Assembly: GCA_964504535.1 (NCBI GenBank)
Contig: CAZDED010000001.1
Span: 37,804-101,803, forward strand
Source: an uncultured Gammaproteobacteria bacterium
GTDB taxonomy: Bacteria; Patescibacteriota; Microgenomatia; Levybacterales; GWA1-39-11
Length of the DNA: 64,000 nt
Direction of reading: 5' to 3'
Part shown: positions 31,864-42,416 of the stretch, piece after piece
Layout of the letters: each line of letters starts with the position of its first letter
Numbering within the stretch: the stretch's first letter is position 1
Notes under the pieces: generated by a model
The model's database searches: none
Seen by the model: only the letters and a program-made list of their open reading frames with translations
Told to the model about the DNA's origin: nothing
Program-made: the position numbers and the translations under genes

Positions 31864-33138
31864 TTACTCAATCTTATAAAGGGAGAACATGTCGAGAGAA
31901 TCGAAGGCTTCTGAAAGTCTCTGGTCTGTTTCTGAATACATATCAAACATGACCTCCCCCTGAGTTACCTTGTCATCAACTCTCTTGTGTAGGTATAGAC
32001 CTGCTCTATGATCCTGAGGTGCACCCAAAACCTTGGCAATAATTGAGATATTGTTATTATTGATACTCCTTATAACCCCAGCTTTGTCAGCTTTTACTTC
32101 TTTTGTTTTTGGACCCGCATGCAGACTACTTGATTTGATCGTAGGATCTCCTTTCTGAGCCTCGATTATTTCCATCATTTTTCCGTGAGCGACCCCACTC
32201 GTAAGCAAATCCTGTGCCCAAGCATGAGTCGTCTCATATTTTGACTTATACGTATTTTTTATATCTTCGGATGCATCTTCAAGACATAAGGAGAGAAGTT
32301 CAGCAGCCAGATCAACTGATTTCTTCTCAAGTGCCATCGGTCTGTCTTCTGATTGCTCCAAAACTTTTAAAGCATCTTTTGCTTCTAAAAGTGGGCCGAT
32401 TCCATTGCCGGCCGGCTGATGAGCGTGCGATATGATAGTTTCTAGCTTAATATCAAATCTTTTTGCGAGATATTTGAATTTTTTGCCAAGTGCCTCGGCG
32501 TCCTCTTTATGATGGACCTTCATAGTAATCCCATATGGAATATCAATGACGACATGGTTAGAGCCAAATGCAATCTTTTTTGCCATTACTGACACCAGGA
32601 TCTTATCAAAACTCTCAAGTGCCAGTGGCTCTTCAACATGGATGATTTCATCATCTGCCGGAGCAATTTTAAAACTCCCTCCCCATACGATACATGCATT
32701 TGTTTTTTTGACAATTTCATATATATCTTTCTCATCAAATGTAACTTTTGCAAGGCATTCCATCGAGTCAGCAGTTCCAGCAGGTGTTGTGATAGCCCGT
32801 GATGAGCTTTTTGGGATAGTAAAGCCTGCACTAGCTATGATGGGTACTATGATCATGGTTGCCCTTGTTCCTGGCAATCCTCCAATAGAATGCTTGTCAG
32901 CGACAATCCCTTCAAAATGCAGCTTTTCCCCAGTCTCAACCATTGCTTTGGTCAAAAAATAAATCTCATCATACGTAAAACCTTTTGAATAACCTGAAGC
33001 TGCAAAATATGTGGTCAAAACATCACCCAATCTGTCATGTGAAATCTCATCCATGATTGCATAGATTTCTTTGTAGTTGAGTGTTTTGCCAACTAATTTT
33101 TTTTGTATTGCTTTTAAAGCATCGTCATTAGTAACCAT
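31864..33138 (-). CDS. pyrimidine-nucleoside (thymidine) phosphorylase
   Basis: Glycosyl-transferase family 3 core ...DKHSIGGLPGTRATMIIVPI...TTPAGTADSME; strong SD (AGGAGGG) before ATG at 33138. Confidence 0.8.
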   Translation of the reverse strand: MVTNDDALKAIQKKLVGKTLNYKEIYAIMDEISHDRLGDVLTTYFAASGYSKGFTYDEIYFLTKAMVETGEKLHFEGIVADKHSIGGLPGTRATMIIVPIIASAGFTIPKSSSRAITTPAGTADSMECLAKVTFDEKDIYEIVKKTNACIVWGGSFKIAPADDEIIHVEEPLALESFDKILVSVMAKKIAFGSNHVVIDIPYGITMKVHHKEDAEALGKKFKYLAKRFDIKLETIISHAHQPAGNGIGPLLEAKDALKVLEQSEDRPMALEKKSVDLAAELLSLCLEDASEDIKNTYKSKYETTHAWAQDLLTSGVAHGKMMEIIEAQKGDPTIKSSSLHAGPKTKEVKADKAGVIRSINNNNISIIAKVLGAPQDHRAGLYLHKRVDDKVTQGEVMFDMYSETDQRLSEAFDSLDMFSLYKIE

Positions 33139-33406
33139 ATCTACCCTCCTCCTTTCAAGGATTCCATTGCTGACCTGAAAAAACCACGTATAATCCGAAA
33201 CATTAGGTAGACAAATCCTGTTAATGTTCGGTTTACCGCTGGCCAAATATTGTAGAAAAACAGGTATATGCGTTCTTTCCAAATTTGTAATTTATACGAC
33301 CGCGCCAACTGTGCATCCTCCTGAGTTTGTTGCTGTATTTGTGGTTCATTTTCCATACATTAAAACTAATCCTAATAACTGAACGCTGCACCCTGACACC
33401 TGTACC

Positions 33407-34138
33407 CTAATTCTGTAGTGCCGCCCTTACAACCAATCTTTTCCATGTAGTTCCCGGTGGTGTACAAGTAACAATCGTAATGTAGCTATTGTCATAACTT
33501 TGAGCAAAAATATTTGGATCATTTGATTCAACAATTGAAATGGCAAATACGCTATAAGTATAGTCCTTTCCATTCAAAGTAATGATAACCTTATCTCCGG
33601 ACTTGATTTTGTGCATATTGGCAAATATTGTCATGTAATTCTTAGGATCAAACCATTGTGGCAAGGTTGAGTGTCCAAATATCACCGATGTTCCATGATC
33701 AATCGGACTTTTTGAGGTCGAAAAATATTGCACAAGGTGTTTTGAAAGATCAAAATCAACTGTAGATACTTTCATGTGATCAATTTTTTGAGAAGGGATC
33801 GAAAATTCGTATTCCGTAACCTTCTGAGTTGACGATCCTGGTTTTTTAACTTGTGGGAACCAATTCCTAGCATCACGGTAATCTGATGTCACATTTGATA
33901 TCCCTGAAGAAAATAATCCGCCTATGGAAGGTGCGCTACTAAGAACAAACCGTTGCGGCAGGGGGGCCGTGATGTCACTCTGCGCAAAGGCTGATGAAAG
34001 AAATATTTGGTAGGAAAGCAACGGAAAGAAAAAATATAGAAGAGTCACTACACCAATGCTGATACTAAAAATACCAAGAATTTTTTTGATCCTCTTATGT
34101 GAGAATAATTTTTTTGATCCGTAGGAATATCTATGCAT
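33407..34138 (-). CDS. sortase family transpeptidase
   Basis: N-terminal TM; catalytic TLxTC-type motif ITIVTCTP near the C-terminus, with a His in VIFGHST upstream. Confidence 0.8.
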   Translation of the reverse strand: MHRYSYGSKKLFSHKRIKKILGIFSISIGVVTLLYFFFPLLSYQIFLSSAFAQSDITAPLPQRFVLSSAPSIGGLFSSGISNVTSDYRDARNWFPQVKKPGSSTQKVTEYEFSIPSQKIDHMKVSTVDFDLSKHLVQYFSTSKSPIDHGTSVIFGHSTLPQWFDPKNYMTIFANMHKIKSGDKVIITLNGKDYTYSVFAISIVESNDPNIFAQSYDNSYITIVTCTPPGTTWKRLVVRAALQN

Positions 34139-36403
34139 TTATTGAGATTTTATACTGACTGTGATATTTGCCTTATTGAGAGGAACGAATAACGGCAAGA
34201 GTGGGATTCGATTTGAAAAAACAATTGTTGCATCAGAGACACCTGGAGTAGTCTTTAATTTTGTAATTGCCCCTTTGTCACTTTTTCCTGAAATTTCTGC
34301 AGGAATCGTTTTCTCGTCAAATTCAGGCTTGAATACCGCGTTATATGATAGCTTTGCGCTGATATCATCCTTATTCTGTTTGATGTTTGAGATATTGATA
34401 GTGCTTTCTTCGACTGATAATTTAAAATCCTTAGGAACGTTAAAATCATCTGAAGATGAAATGAACTTAGACAATTCTTCTTTTTTATATATCCCCAACG
34501 TGTAATCGATAGAAGCTGTTAGTTTTACATTCTTTGCTTGGTCGTTCTCTTTTTTATCAAATGTTTTGTCTTTAAAATCCGCTGATAAGTACGTGGGAAC
34601 CAACGCTTCATCGCCGGAAAGCTTGGATGTCGCTTCACTCTTGGCTTTATCAAACAACCGTTTTGTCACTGTTTCCTCAAGTCCTTTTAGGTCCTTTTGA
34701 GAAACGACTTGTATTTCCTCTTTTGTTCCCCCAGAAAAAGCTGCGTCATTTCTTCCGAAAACATCAGATGTCGCAATTCCCTTAACTGTAAAATTTGTTT
34801 GGGATGGGATATTGTACTCCTTACCAAAACTTGATGCGGTAACCTTTGCGGAAGCGTTGGAGAACGACGTTGCGAAGGAACTTGTTGAGGCTATTTTTAC
34901 ATCTTCATTAAGGGTAAATTCCAAATTATTTGACGAAGTGACAACTGTCCCTTTATCTATCTGCTTTTGACTTTCGGTTTTATTAAAGATTGCTATGGTT
35001 CCTGTCGCTTTCTGTCCTGTATCTTTTTGGCCGGTTGTTTCTTGCGTTTCTTCTCCACTTACCTCTACGTCAAGGGTCGAAACTTTTAACGTCTGCTCCG
35101 CGAAAGAAGATTCGCCTTTGGAAGTAAGCGTTATATCCATCGAATCTTGAGCAAATGCTTTCTTATCAGTAAAAATAACAACGCTAGCTTTTAATATAAA
35201 GGCATAATATCCACCAACAATAATAACCACAACAATAAGAGCGACAAGAGGAATGACAAGTTTACGGCCATTTCCTAATAGCTTTGGGACTTTTGCAAAT
35301 GCTTGGGGTGTAAAAAGAGCCGGAACAGAACTTATTATTCCAGTCAAAGGGGATTCCTTTTTCCGCTCATGCGCTACCTCGTCTTCAGGCATGTCTTCTT
35401 CAAAAACTTCTTCTCCGCTGCGCTCAACTCGTTCTACATCATGATGTTTTATGATCGGTTCTGCCTGCTCCTCTATATCCTCTGAAAAAACTGGAATATC
35501 TTTCTTTGTAGGTGTGGACTCTTCTTCTTTTTGAACTCTTTCAGCTATATCAGCGTCCTTTACAAATCCAAATGAATCACTTTTTTCTGAAACAGAAACA
35601 TGTTCTTGCCCCCTCTCATCCTCTTCGGAAGTGCTAACAGCAACATCACCCTTAATTGTTACATTGAGCTGAGTTGCAACACCATGAATTATCGCTTCAT
35701 TTTCAAATCCGCGCTCTAAAATAGCAACTTGTGGAAGATGCATGAAGGAAAGCTCTTTTGTCCAATGATGTGAAAGGAACTTTTGAGAAACTAATTCTGC
35801 TTCCTTATTGTGAAGAAGTATTATTTTTGATGGTAAAACGTCTAATTTTGTGACCTGACCAAGGAGTTTTTCAACAGTTTTTTCAACAGTATCATCAATC
35901 ATCCCACTTTTTATATCGATGATGTTTCCACTTCTGACGATAAAAGTGCTCAAGTATTTTTCAGATATCTCTACAAAAATACCGCTGATGGGAGCACCCT
36001 CTTTTTTTTGCAAAAAAGCTACAATAGCTTCTATTGAGATGATAAAACCCATTGGGGTAAGAGCAAGCTCTGTGCTGATTTTTTTAAGTTGGAGCAATCT
36101 TTCTGTCTTTATCTTTCCTTCTTCCACCCAAGAATGAGGAACAGCAAAGATAGTCTTTTCCAGATTTGCTCCATCCGGTAGACTCATTTCAATTCGCGAA
36201 ATAACATTATCACAACTAACCACAAGGTCTTCAGCAGAGGCTGCCTCCAAATCGATGGGAGTTTCGTGTGATGCGAGAATAACAAGAGTTTTTTCTTGTT
36301 CCTTAAAAAGGATGGATGAGACCTTGTCTGTCTCAAAAATTAATGCCAGAAAAAATTCAGTACTGACACTCTTTGTTAGAAATGGTATAGCAGGCAGTTT
36401 CAT
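34139..36403 (-). CDS. large bitopic membrane protein: degenerate actin-like (FtsA/PilM-like) cytoplasmic domain + TM + Ser/Thr-rich extracytoplasmic domain
   Basis: N-terminal segments resembling actin-fold phosphate-1/2 loops (LALIFETDKVSSILFK; GIFVEISEKYLSTFIV) but with catalytic residues replaced; TM LVIPLVALIVVVIIVGGYYAFIL; domain call tentative. Confidence 0.35.
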   Translation of the reverse strand: MKLPAIPFLTKSVSTEFFLALIFETDKVSSILFKEQEKTLVILASHETPIDLEAASAEDLVVSCDNVISRIEMSLPDGANLEKTIFAVPHSWVEEGKIKTERLLQLKKISTELALTPMGFIISIEAIVAFLQKKEGAPISGIFVEISEKYLSTFIVRSGNIIDIKSGMIDDTVEKTVEKLLGQVTKLDVLPSKIILLHNKEAELVSQKFLSHHWTKELSFMHLPQVAILERGFENEAIIHGVATQLNVTIKGDVAVSTSEEDERGQEHVSVSEKSDSFGFVKDADIAERVQKEEESTPTKKDIPVFSEDIEEQAEPIIKHHDVERVERSGEEVFEEDMPEDEVAHERKKESPLTGIISSVPALFTPQAFAKVPKLLGNGRKLVIPLVALIVVVIIVGGYYAFILKASVVIFTDKKAFAQDSMDITLTSKGESSFAEQTLKVSTLDVEVSGEETQETTGQKDTGQKATGTIAIFNKTESQKQIDKGTVVTSSNNLEFTLNEDVKIASTSSFATSFSNASAKVTASSFGKEYNIPSQTNFTVKGIATSDVFGRNDAAFSGGTKEEIQVVSQKDLKGLEETVTKRLFDKAKSEATSKLSGDEALVPTYLSADFKDKTFDKKENDQAKNVKLTASIDYTLGIYKKEELSKFISSSDDFNVPKDFKLSVEESTINISNIKQNKDDISAKLSYNAVFKPEFDEKTIPAEISGKSDKGAITKLKTTPGVSDATIVFSNRIPLLPLFVPLNKANITVSIKSQ

Positions 36404-36405
36404 TG

Positions 36406-38301
36406 TTAAGAGACCTTAGCGTAGATACGGCGAACACCGCGCGCAACGCCTTCTTCCTTTAGTATATCAAAACTATTGATTTGTGCTGTGTGTTCTATGT
36501 GTGGGCCACCACAAAATTCCATAGAATAAGCTCCTATAAAATAGATTTTTACATCATTTCCGTATTTTTCATCAAAAAGACCGATAGCACCCAAATCTTT
36601 TGCTTTTTGAAGAGGCATAATTTCAAAATGTACAGGAAGGTCTTCTTTTATTTTTTCCCTTACAATTTCTGTAACTTTTGCGAGTTCTTCTTCGGTTAGT
36701 TTACGGTCAAACGTAAAATCAAATCGCACTCTCTCAGTCGTGATATTGCTTCCGGTCTGATGAGCACTCTTTCCCAAAACGTCTCGAAGAGCCTGATGCA
36801 TGAGATGCGTTGCAGTATGCCCTTTAACAGTCAGCTCAGAATGATCAGCAAGTCCTCCAGCAAATTTTTGAGCTGCCCCGGAACGGGATAAATCCTGATG
36901 TTTCTTAATAAGTTCAGCAAGAGCCTGCTTGTCAAATGTGTAACCAAGACTTTCAAGTTGCGTAGGACCCAACCCAAATGATGTTATGGCTTTAAACGCA
37001 ACATCGGCAGAAATTAAAGTCATACCCATCAACTCACCTTTTACCTCATTGAAAGGCAAGCTCTGCTTATCACCAACTGTTACCTCATCAGAAATTTTTG
37101 CAATTTCTCGTTCTATCATTTTCTTACCACCGGCAAGCGCTTTTTGATAAGAATTCTCTTCTTCCAAAATTGTGTTTTTGATATGTTCAAATTTTTCGAC
37201 CAACACTGGATCGGTATGTTTGTACTGATCAACAATACTTTCAACAACTTTTGCGATGTCTTTTCCTTCGAGTAAATAGAAATTATCTAGTCCACGTCTA
37301 ATTAAACGGCGGAGTATATATCCTTGTTCTTTATTTGATGGGGTAACGTTGTTTGATGAGATAAAAGTTGCAGCCAAAAAATGGTCAAGAACTATTCTCA
37401 TCTCTTTTGGATGCTCTTCATATTTCTTATTTGTTTCAGAGCATATTGTAGTGATAATCGGAAAAAACAAGCTTGTTTGAAAAACATCATTCTTGTTTTC
37501 TATTGCAGCAACAAGGCGCTCTAACCCTCCCCCAAAATCTACATTTTGTTTTGGCAATTTTTCAAATCCTTTTTCAGTCTTTATATACTGCATAAAAACC
37601 GAGTTTCCAATTTCCAAATATCTTCCGCAATCGCAATTAACGTGACATTTTTCATCTACAAAATCACTTCCCTCATGTATCTTTAACTCTGCTCCGTAAT
37701 CATAAAAAACTTCGCTGTCAGGTCCCCCCGGTTCTCCAACTGGCATCTTGTCTGGTGTGCCAGATCTTGACCACCAATTTTTTGTATCCCCATATTCAAA
37801 TATTTTCTCTCCTACTTTTGCGTCTATTCCTTTTGATTTAAACAAACGTTGCCATATCTCAATGCTCTCCATGTCTTTTGGAATAATATTGTTCCCTTCA
37901 AATACTGTGACAAAAAGTTTTTGTGGATCAAGACCTAATTCATCAGTCAGAAATTCGAAAAAGAATGGAAGTTGTTCTTTTTTAAAATAGTCACCCAAAG
38001 ACCAATTCCCAAGCATCCTAAAAAATGTTGTATGCCTGTTATCCCCTATTTCATCGATATCCTGAGCGCGAAAGCAATTTTGAGCGTTCACAAGTCTCAC
38101 CCCTGACGGATGGGTTTCACCTAAAAGAAATGGGACGAGTGGTTGCATACCTGAGGAGGTAAACAGCGTGGATGGATCATTTAAGGGCACGAGTGAAGAA
38201 TTTTCAATACGGGTATGTCCACGCTTTTCAAAAAAGGAGATATATTTATTTAAAATATCAGAGGCTGTCATAGTAGAAAGTATTGTATCAGATTGAGGCA
38301 A
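36406..38301 (-). CDS. alaS: alanine--tRNA ligase (short form lacking the C-terminal domain)
   Basis: Class-II core (FFEKRGH..NSSLVP..DPSTLFTSSGM, RAQD, GDYFK) and editing-domain HTATHLMHQAL; 631 aa. Confidence 0.88.
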   Translation of the reverse strand: MPQSDTILSTMTASDILNKYISFFEKRGHTRIENSSLVPLNDPSTLFTSSGMQPLVPFLLGETHPSGVRLVNAQNCFRAQDIDEIGDNRHTTFFRMLGNWSLGDYFKKEQLPFFFEFLTDELGLDPQKLFVTVFEGNNIIPKDMESIEIWQRLFKSKGIDAKVGEKIFEYGDTKNWWSRSGTPDKMPVGEPGGPDSEVFYDYGAELKIHEGSDFVDEKCHVNCDCGRYLEIGNSVFMQYIKTEKGFEKLPKQNVDFGGGLERLVAAIENKNDVFQTSLFFPIITTICSETNKKYEEHPKEMRIVLDHFLAATFISSNNVTPSNKEQGYILRRLIRRGLDNFYLLEGKDIAKVVESIVDQYKHTDPVLVEKFEHIKNTILEEENSYQKALAGGKKMIEREIAKISDEVTVGDKQSLPFNEVKGELMGMTLISADVAFKAITSFGLGPTQLESLGYTFDKQALAELIKKHQDLSRSGAAQKFAGGLADHSELTVKGHTATHLMHQALRDVLGKSAHQTGSNITTERVRFDFTFDRKLTEEELAKVTEIVREKIKEDLPVHFEIMPLQKAKDLGAIGLFDEKYGNDVKIYFIGAYSMEFCGGPHIEHTAQINSFDILKEEGVARGVRRIYAKVS

Positions 38302-38325
38302 AAAACTCGAGGCTGGCGAAAAATC

Positions 38326-39876
38326 TTAAGCGGATTGGACGTCGTACTCTTGGTAAGCTTTGTTTGTGTAATAAACTAAAGTTCCATTTTTTTCTTCAAC
38401 TATCTCACCTCTTGATTTGTCTTCCCTAAAATTTGCCCCTACTTGATCAAGAGTTTTTCCATAAACCCTCTCTGCATCTTCTCTTTTGGCATCCGTATTT
38501 TTCTTAAATGAAAGTTTAATTGCAGTGTACCTGTCTGTAATCTCTCTTATCACTCTATGCAATGTCTGATTGTCAGTGATTGAACCGACTTTTGAAATTT
38601 CGTCGATCACTTTATCACCAGACAGATCCTCTTGTATTCCTTCAACAACTTCACTTCTGTCACCCTGTAAAATGTTTTGTGAGATTTCTTGTGCTAAATT
38701 TTTACCGGTGATTTCCCCTCCATTTTCTCTTATCTTTTGTGCAGCAAGAGTGGCTACCATTGTGCGGTATGTGTTAACCTTTTTATCTTTTTCAAAATAG
38801 AGGATCTCTTCTTTGGGTTGTTGATTTGCTTTTGCATCATCAATTTCTTCTTTCCTACTCTGAAAAAGTTCTTGAGCTTTTTCTTCTATAGTTTGTTTTT
38901 TCTTTTTCTCTGTTGTACTTTCTGTTTTTTGTTCTGTTTTTTCCTCCTTTTTTAGAAGTGCTTTTCTTACCGCTTTTTTTATAGCTACCTTTGCTTTTTC
39001 AAGAGATATTTTATTTTCTTTTGCCAATTCTGGTGCAAGAAGTGTTTCTGCTGCTTTTTCTGTAGCTGCCTCGGTTTTAGGGGAAACCTCTGGATTGGTT
39101 TCAGTTTTGGGCAAAACTTCTTTTTCCGTCTGAGGATTTGTTCTCACTTCTGGTTCTGGATCTGTCTCACTCTCTGGCTGATCCTGTGTTTTGGTTTCTG
39201 TTTTTACGTGTGGCAACGCCTCTGTCTGTAGCTCTTCTTTTGGGGCATTGTCAAACTCTGTTCTTACTTCCGGCTCAACCTTTAATTCAGGTTTTGTCTG
39301 AACTTCAGGTTTTGATTCGATATCTGTGTGAGTAGGTGTTTCAATCTCGGTTCGTGTTTGAGTTTGAAAAGTTACATCTGTTTCTACCTCAGGTTTTAAT
39401 TCGTGCATGACTGGGAGTTTCGGTTCTGACTGTGGACGAACTTCTGGCACGTGAACATATGGCCTTGAGATATCTATCATTGATTTTTGTGCATTAAAGT
39501 TTCCAACTTCTTTGAACATTGATTTTGGTGTCTCTTTGCCATGACTGATGTCTATAATCGGATCTTTTTTTGCTGTTTCTTGTTTCGGAATTTCAACGTG
39601 TGGAATGGCATGCTCTTCAAACGATGGTTTTGAGATATCAATCATTTGTTTTGGAGCGTTAAAACTTCCAATGTCTTTGAACATTGAAAGTCCTTTTGAT
39701 GAAAATCCGTCACTTTTGAAATTTGAGTTTATTTCTATCCCTGTTTGAGGACTTGAAGTCTGCCCAACTGATGGCCCACTCATTGTTGCCGCTCCACCTG
39801 ATTGGGATCCTCCTCCGTTCATGCCTTCCATATAGTTGCAGTATAGAGGTAAAGCTAATTTGAGGCTTGATAACAA
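38326..39876 (-). CDS. hypothetical repeat-containing protein (Gly/Ser-rich N-terminus, two ~60-aa tandem repeats, E/P/T/K-rich spacer, conserved C-terminal domain)
   Basis: Protein repeats FKSDGFSSKGLSMFKDIGSFNAPKQMIDISKP / MFKEVGNFNAQKSMIDISRP; matching DNA repeats at about 39440..39530 and 39600..39700. Confidence 0.5.
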   Translation of the reverse strand: MLSSLKLALPLYCNYMEGMNGGGSQSGGAATMSGPSVGQTSSPQTGIEINSNFKSDGFSSKGLSMFKDIGSFNAPKQMIDISKPSFEEHAIPHVEIPKQETAKKDPIIDISHGKETPKSMFKEVGNFNAQKSMIDISRPYVHVPEVRPQSEPKLPVMHELKPEVETDVTFQTQTRTEIETPTHTDIESKPEVQTKPELKVEPEVRTEFDNAPKEELQTEALPHVKTETKTQDQPESETDPEPEVRTNPQTEKEVLPKTETNPEVSPKTEAATEKAAETLLAPELAKENKISLEKAKVAIKKAVRKALLKKEEKTEQKTESTTEKKKKQTIEEKAQELFQSRKEEIDDAKANQQPKEEILYFEKDKKVNTYRTMVATLAAQKIRENGGEITGKNLAQEISQNILQGDRSEVVEGIQEDLSGDKVIDEISKVGSITDNQTLHRVIREITDRYTAIKLSFKKNTDAKREDAERVYGKTLDQVGANFREDKSRGEIVEEKNGTLVYYTNKAYQEYDVQSA

Positions 39877-39898
39877 ATTAACAGGAACTTAACAATTT

Positions 39899-40750
39899 TT
39901 AAGCGGGTTGGAGCCACCCTTCTCCAAAAAGAGTTGAAGGGATATCTTTTTCCATCCAAAGGTCTGCCTCTGTGGGTGCCTTTTCCGGAAATCTTTGTAC
40001 ATCTTGGGGTACCAATTCATGCATTTTGTCTTCGATAGAGATTTCTAGGGGGATACTAATTCCTTCTACAGCACCGCCACTTACAGCATAATTAACTTTC
40101 AATTTTTTTACACCATCTTCCTCGACAACTTCAAAACTACATTTTTTATCATCAACTGTGTGAACAACAGAACTTTTTTCTTTCGCAATAACATCAATTT
40201 CCTTTCTCGTTATATCAAAAACTGTTTGACCGGGATTGTTCTCATCAGATCTTGAACGTGGAATATATTTAAATGCATCAAGTTGGTTATTTACAAAACT
40301 AGTAGATATCTCAATGACTGGCCTTCTGTCTGTTCTATGCCCAGGTCTCGATAAACCTACATCCATACGTTCATAACCTGGACCAACCAAAGTGGATACA
40401 TACTGTTGCAATGAATGGTCTTCATCAAACTTACTAATATAGATATTTCTGTTAGCAAGATTTTCTGAGTTATTCGTTACATCAACATAACCTCTTTGCG
40501 TATATTCTCCAGTCGCGGGATCGCTTATAAAATGACACCTTTTAAAGGATTTATCGTGAGTATCGGGATGGCGTGGAATTTCGGCAATTGCGAATCTGTT
40601 AGTATCATCATGACTCACTAATTTTGGGGGAAATGATTCTTTACCAATCGTTATTCCAGGCAATGACTGAATAAAGTCGGGTGAGGTTACAAATGCACGG
40701 AATTTTGCTTGGTCTGGTGTTTCTTTAACTTCTCCTAATTCCTCACTCAT
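39899..40750 (-). CDS. hypothetical protein
   Basis: 283-aa ORF, tightly packed between nth and the repeat-protein gene; no recognisable domain. Confidence 0.5.
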   Translation of the reverse strand: MSEELGEVKETPDQAKFRAFVTSPDFIQSLPGITIGKESFPPKLVSHDDTNRFAIAEIPRHPDTHDKSFKRCHFISDPATGEYTQRGYVDVTNNSENLANRNIYISKFDEDHSLQQYVSTLVGPGYERMDVGLSRPGHRTDRRPVIEISTSFVNNQLDAFKYIPRSRSDENNPGQTVFDITRKEIDVIAKEKSSVVHTVDDKKCSFEVVEEDGVKKLKVNYAVSGGAVEGISIPLEISIEDKMHELVPQDVQRFPEKAPTEADLWMEKDIPSTLFGEGWLQPA

Positions 40751-40753
40751 ATT

Positions 40754-41368
40754 TTATATATACTCTCTTAACGGGCAGTCTGTGTGTTTGCATGACGCCT
40801 TACAATAAGTTCGGCCATAATAAATCATACCCAGACCAAACTCTCTCCAATCTTTTTGCGGGACAAGTTCCATCAAGTCTTTTTCGATCTTTACAGGGTC
40901 TTTTTGACTACTCAACCCGAACAAATTTGAAAGTCTTCGAACATGTGTGTCAACTACAATTCCAACAGAAATTCCAAATGATTCTTGCAGGATAACATTT
41001 GCTGTCTTTCTCCCGACAAATGGCAATTCAATCAATTCTTCCATCGTAGTCGGCATCTGTCCTTTGTATTGTTCCGCAACAATGTCTGCGGCTTTTTTAA
41101 TAGCTTTTGCCTTGCCTTTATAAAAGTTTATAGACCGTATGTCTTGTTCGAATTCTTCCAAACTTGCTTTTCGATAATCATCTAGATTTTTATACTTCTT
41201 AAACAATGTATCTGTCACTTTGTTAACCCCAACATCGGTTTGCTGCGCAGAAAGTGCTACTGCAACATACAACTCCCAGGGATTGCTGTGATTGAGAGGA
41301 GTCTTAGGATCAGGAAACAACTCCTTCAATTTTTTAACAATTTCCTTGGCTTTCTTCTTTTTGTCCAT
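40754..41368 (-). CDS. nth: endonuclease III (HhH-GPD, Fe-S cluster)
   Basis: HhH LPGVGRKTANVIL-like (ELPFVGRKTANVIL), catalytic Asp (VDTHV) and C-terminal Cys cluster C...CKHTDC. Confidence 0.85.
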   Translation of the reverse strand: MDKKKKAKEIVKKLKELFPDPKTPLNHSNPWELYVAVALSAQQTDVGVNKVTDTLFKKYKNLDDYRKASLEEFEQDIRSINFYKGKAKAIKKAADIVAEQYKGQMPTTMEELIELPFVGRKTANVILQESFGISVGIVVDTHVRRLSNLFGLSSQKDPVKIEKDLMELVPQKDWREFGLGMIYYGRTYCKASCKHTDCPLREYI

Positions 41369-41392
41369 ACTTAATACTTACTTCTTAACTCT

Positions 41393-42340
41393 TTATTCTT
41401 TATCTATTATTCCCGCGAGAGCACTTGCCAACTTCCCGCTATCATGCCGTAAAAACATTCCGTCTCTTAAAAAATCCCCAGTTACTACTCGAGGGTCTCC
41501 ATCCATATCATTTTCCACAAACTCCACCTTTTCCTCTTTGTATCGCTCAACAATTTCCCCTTCTGGCCTTTCAATATTTACCGTCACAAAATTTATCCTG
41601 TCCCCTCCTAAATAATCTTCCATCTTTGTGACAAAATCGGATGCCTTAAATCCATTCGTCTCACCAAATTTAGTCATGATGTTGACGTTATATATAAGAC
41701 GGGCTTTAGAATTTTTGATAGTATCAACAATCCCCTCAACCATAAGATTTGGCAAGATGCTCGTAAATACATCGCCAGGGCCAAGGACTATCACATCGGC
41801 ATTTATTATTGCATCAATAGCTTTTGGATTGGCTGTCACTTTTGGTTGCAAAAAGACGTCTTTTATCTTGATAGTTCCATCATGTTTTGGGATATCGATA
41901 TTTGTCTCACCTTCTACTACTTCTCCATTTGTGAGATTTGCACATAATTTTGTTGGTGTTAGCGTTACTGGGATCACTTGGCCCTTAACATTTAATATTT
42001 CAACTGCCTCATCCACTGCACTGCCAAAATCCCCGGTGATTTTCTCAAGAGCAGTAAGCAAGAGATTTCCCATGCTATGCCCATGGAGAGAGGAATTTTC
42101 TTCAAAACGGTAGTTAAAAAGTTCTGATAAGACTTTTTTGTTGCTGTCAGAAAGCGCAATAAGAGCACGCCTGATATCCCCTGCAGGAAGGGTCCCAAAT
42201 TCTTCACGTAAAACCCCGGTTGATCCTCCATCATCAGCCATATTAACGATTGCTGACAGATTGTATGGATAATCACGAAGACCAGTTAGAGCCGTAAATA
42301 CCCCAGTCCCCCCTCCAATAACTACAACATTTTTTCCCAT
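41393..42340 (-). CDS. YvcK/CofD-family gluconeogenesis factor (UPF0052)
   Basis: VVIGGGTG...MADDGGSTG and downstream conserved blocks; start at internal ATG (MGKNVVVIGGG). Confidence 0.8.
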   Translation of the reverse strand: MGKNVVVIGGGTGVFTALTGLRDYPYNLSAIVNMADDGGSTGVLREEFGTLPAGDIRRALIALSDSNKKVLSELFNYRFEENSSLHGHSMGNLLLTALEKITGDFGSAVDEAVEILNVKGQVIPVTLTPTKLCANLTNGEVVEGETNIDIPKHDGTIKIKDVFLQPKVTANPKAIDAIINADVIVLGPGDVFTSILPNLMVEGIVDTIKNSKARLIYNVNIMTKFGETNGFKASDFVTKMEDYLGGDRINFVTVNIERPEGEIVERYKEEKVEFVENDMDGDPRVVTGDFLRDGMFLRHDSGKLASALAGIIDKE

Positions 42341-42416
42341 ATTAAAACCCCTAAGGGTGTAACAAATTCTATGACACCCTGCTTGAAAATACAAATCAAA
42401 CTGATATTATTAAGCG

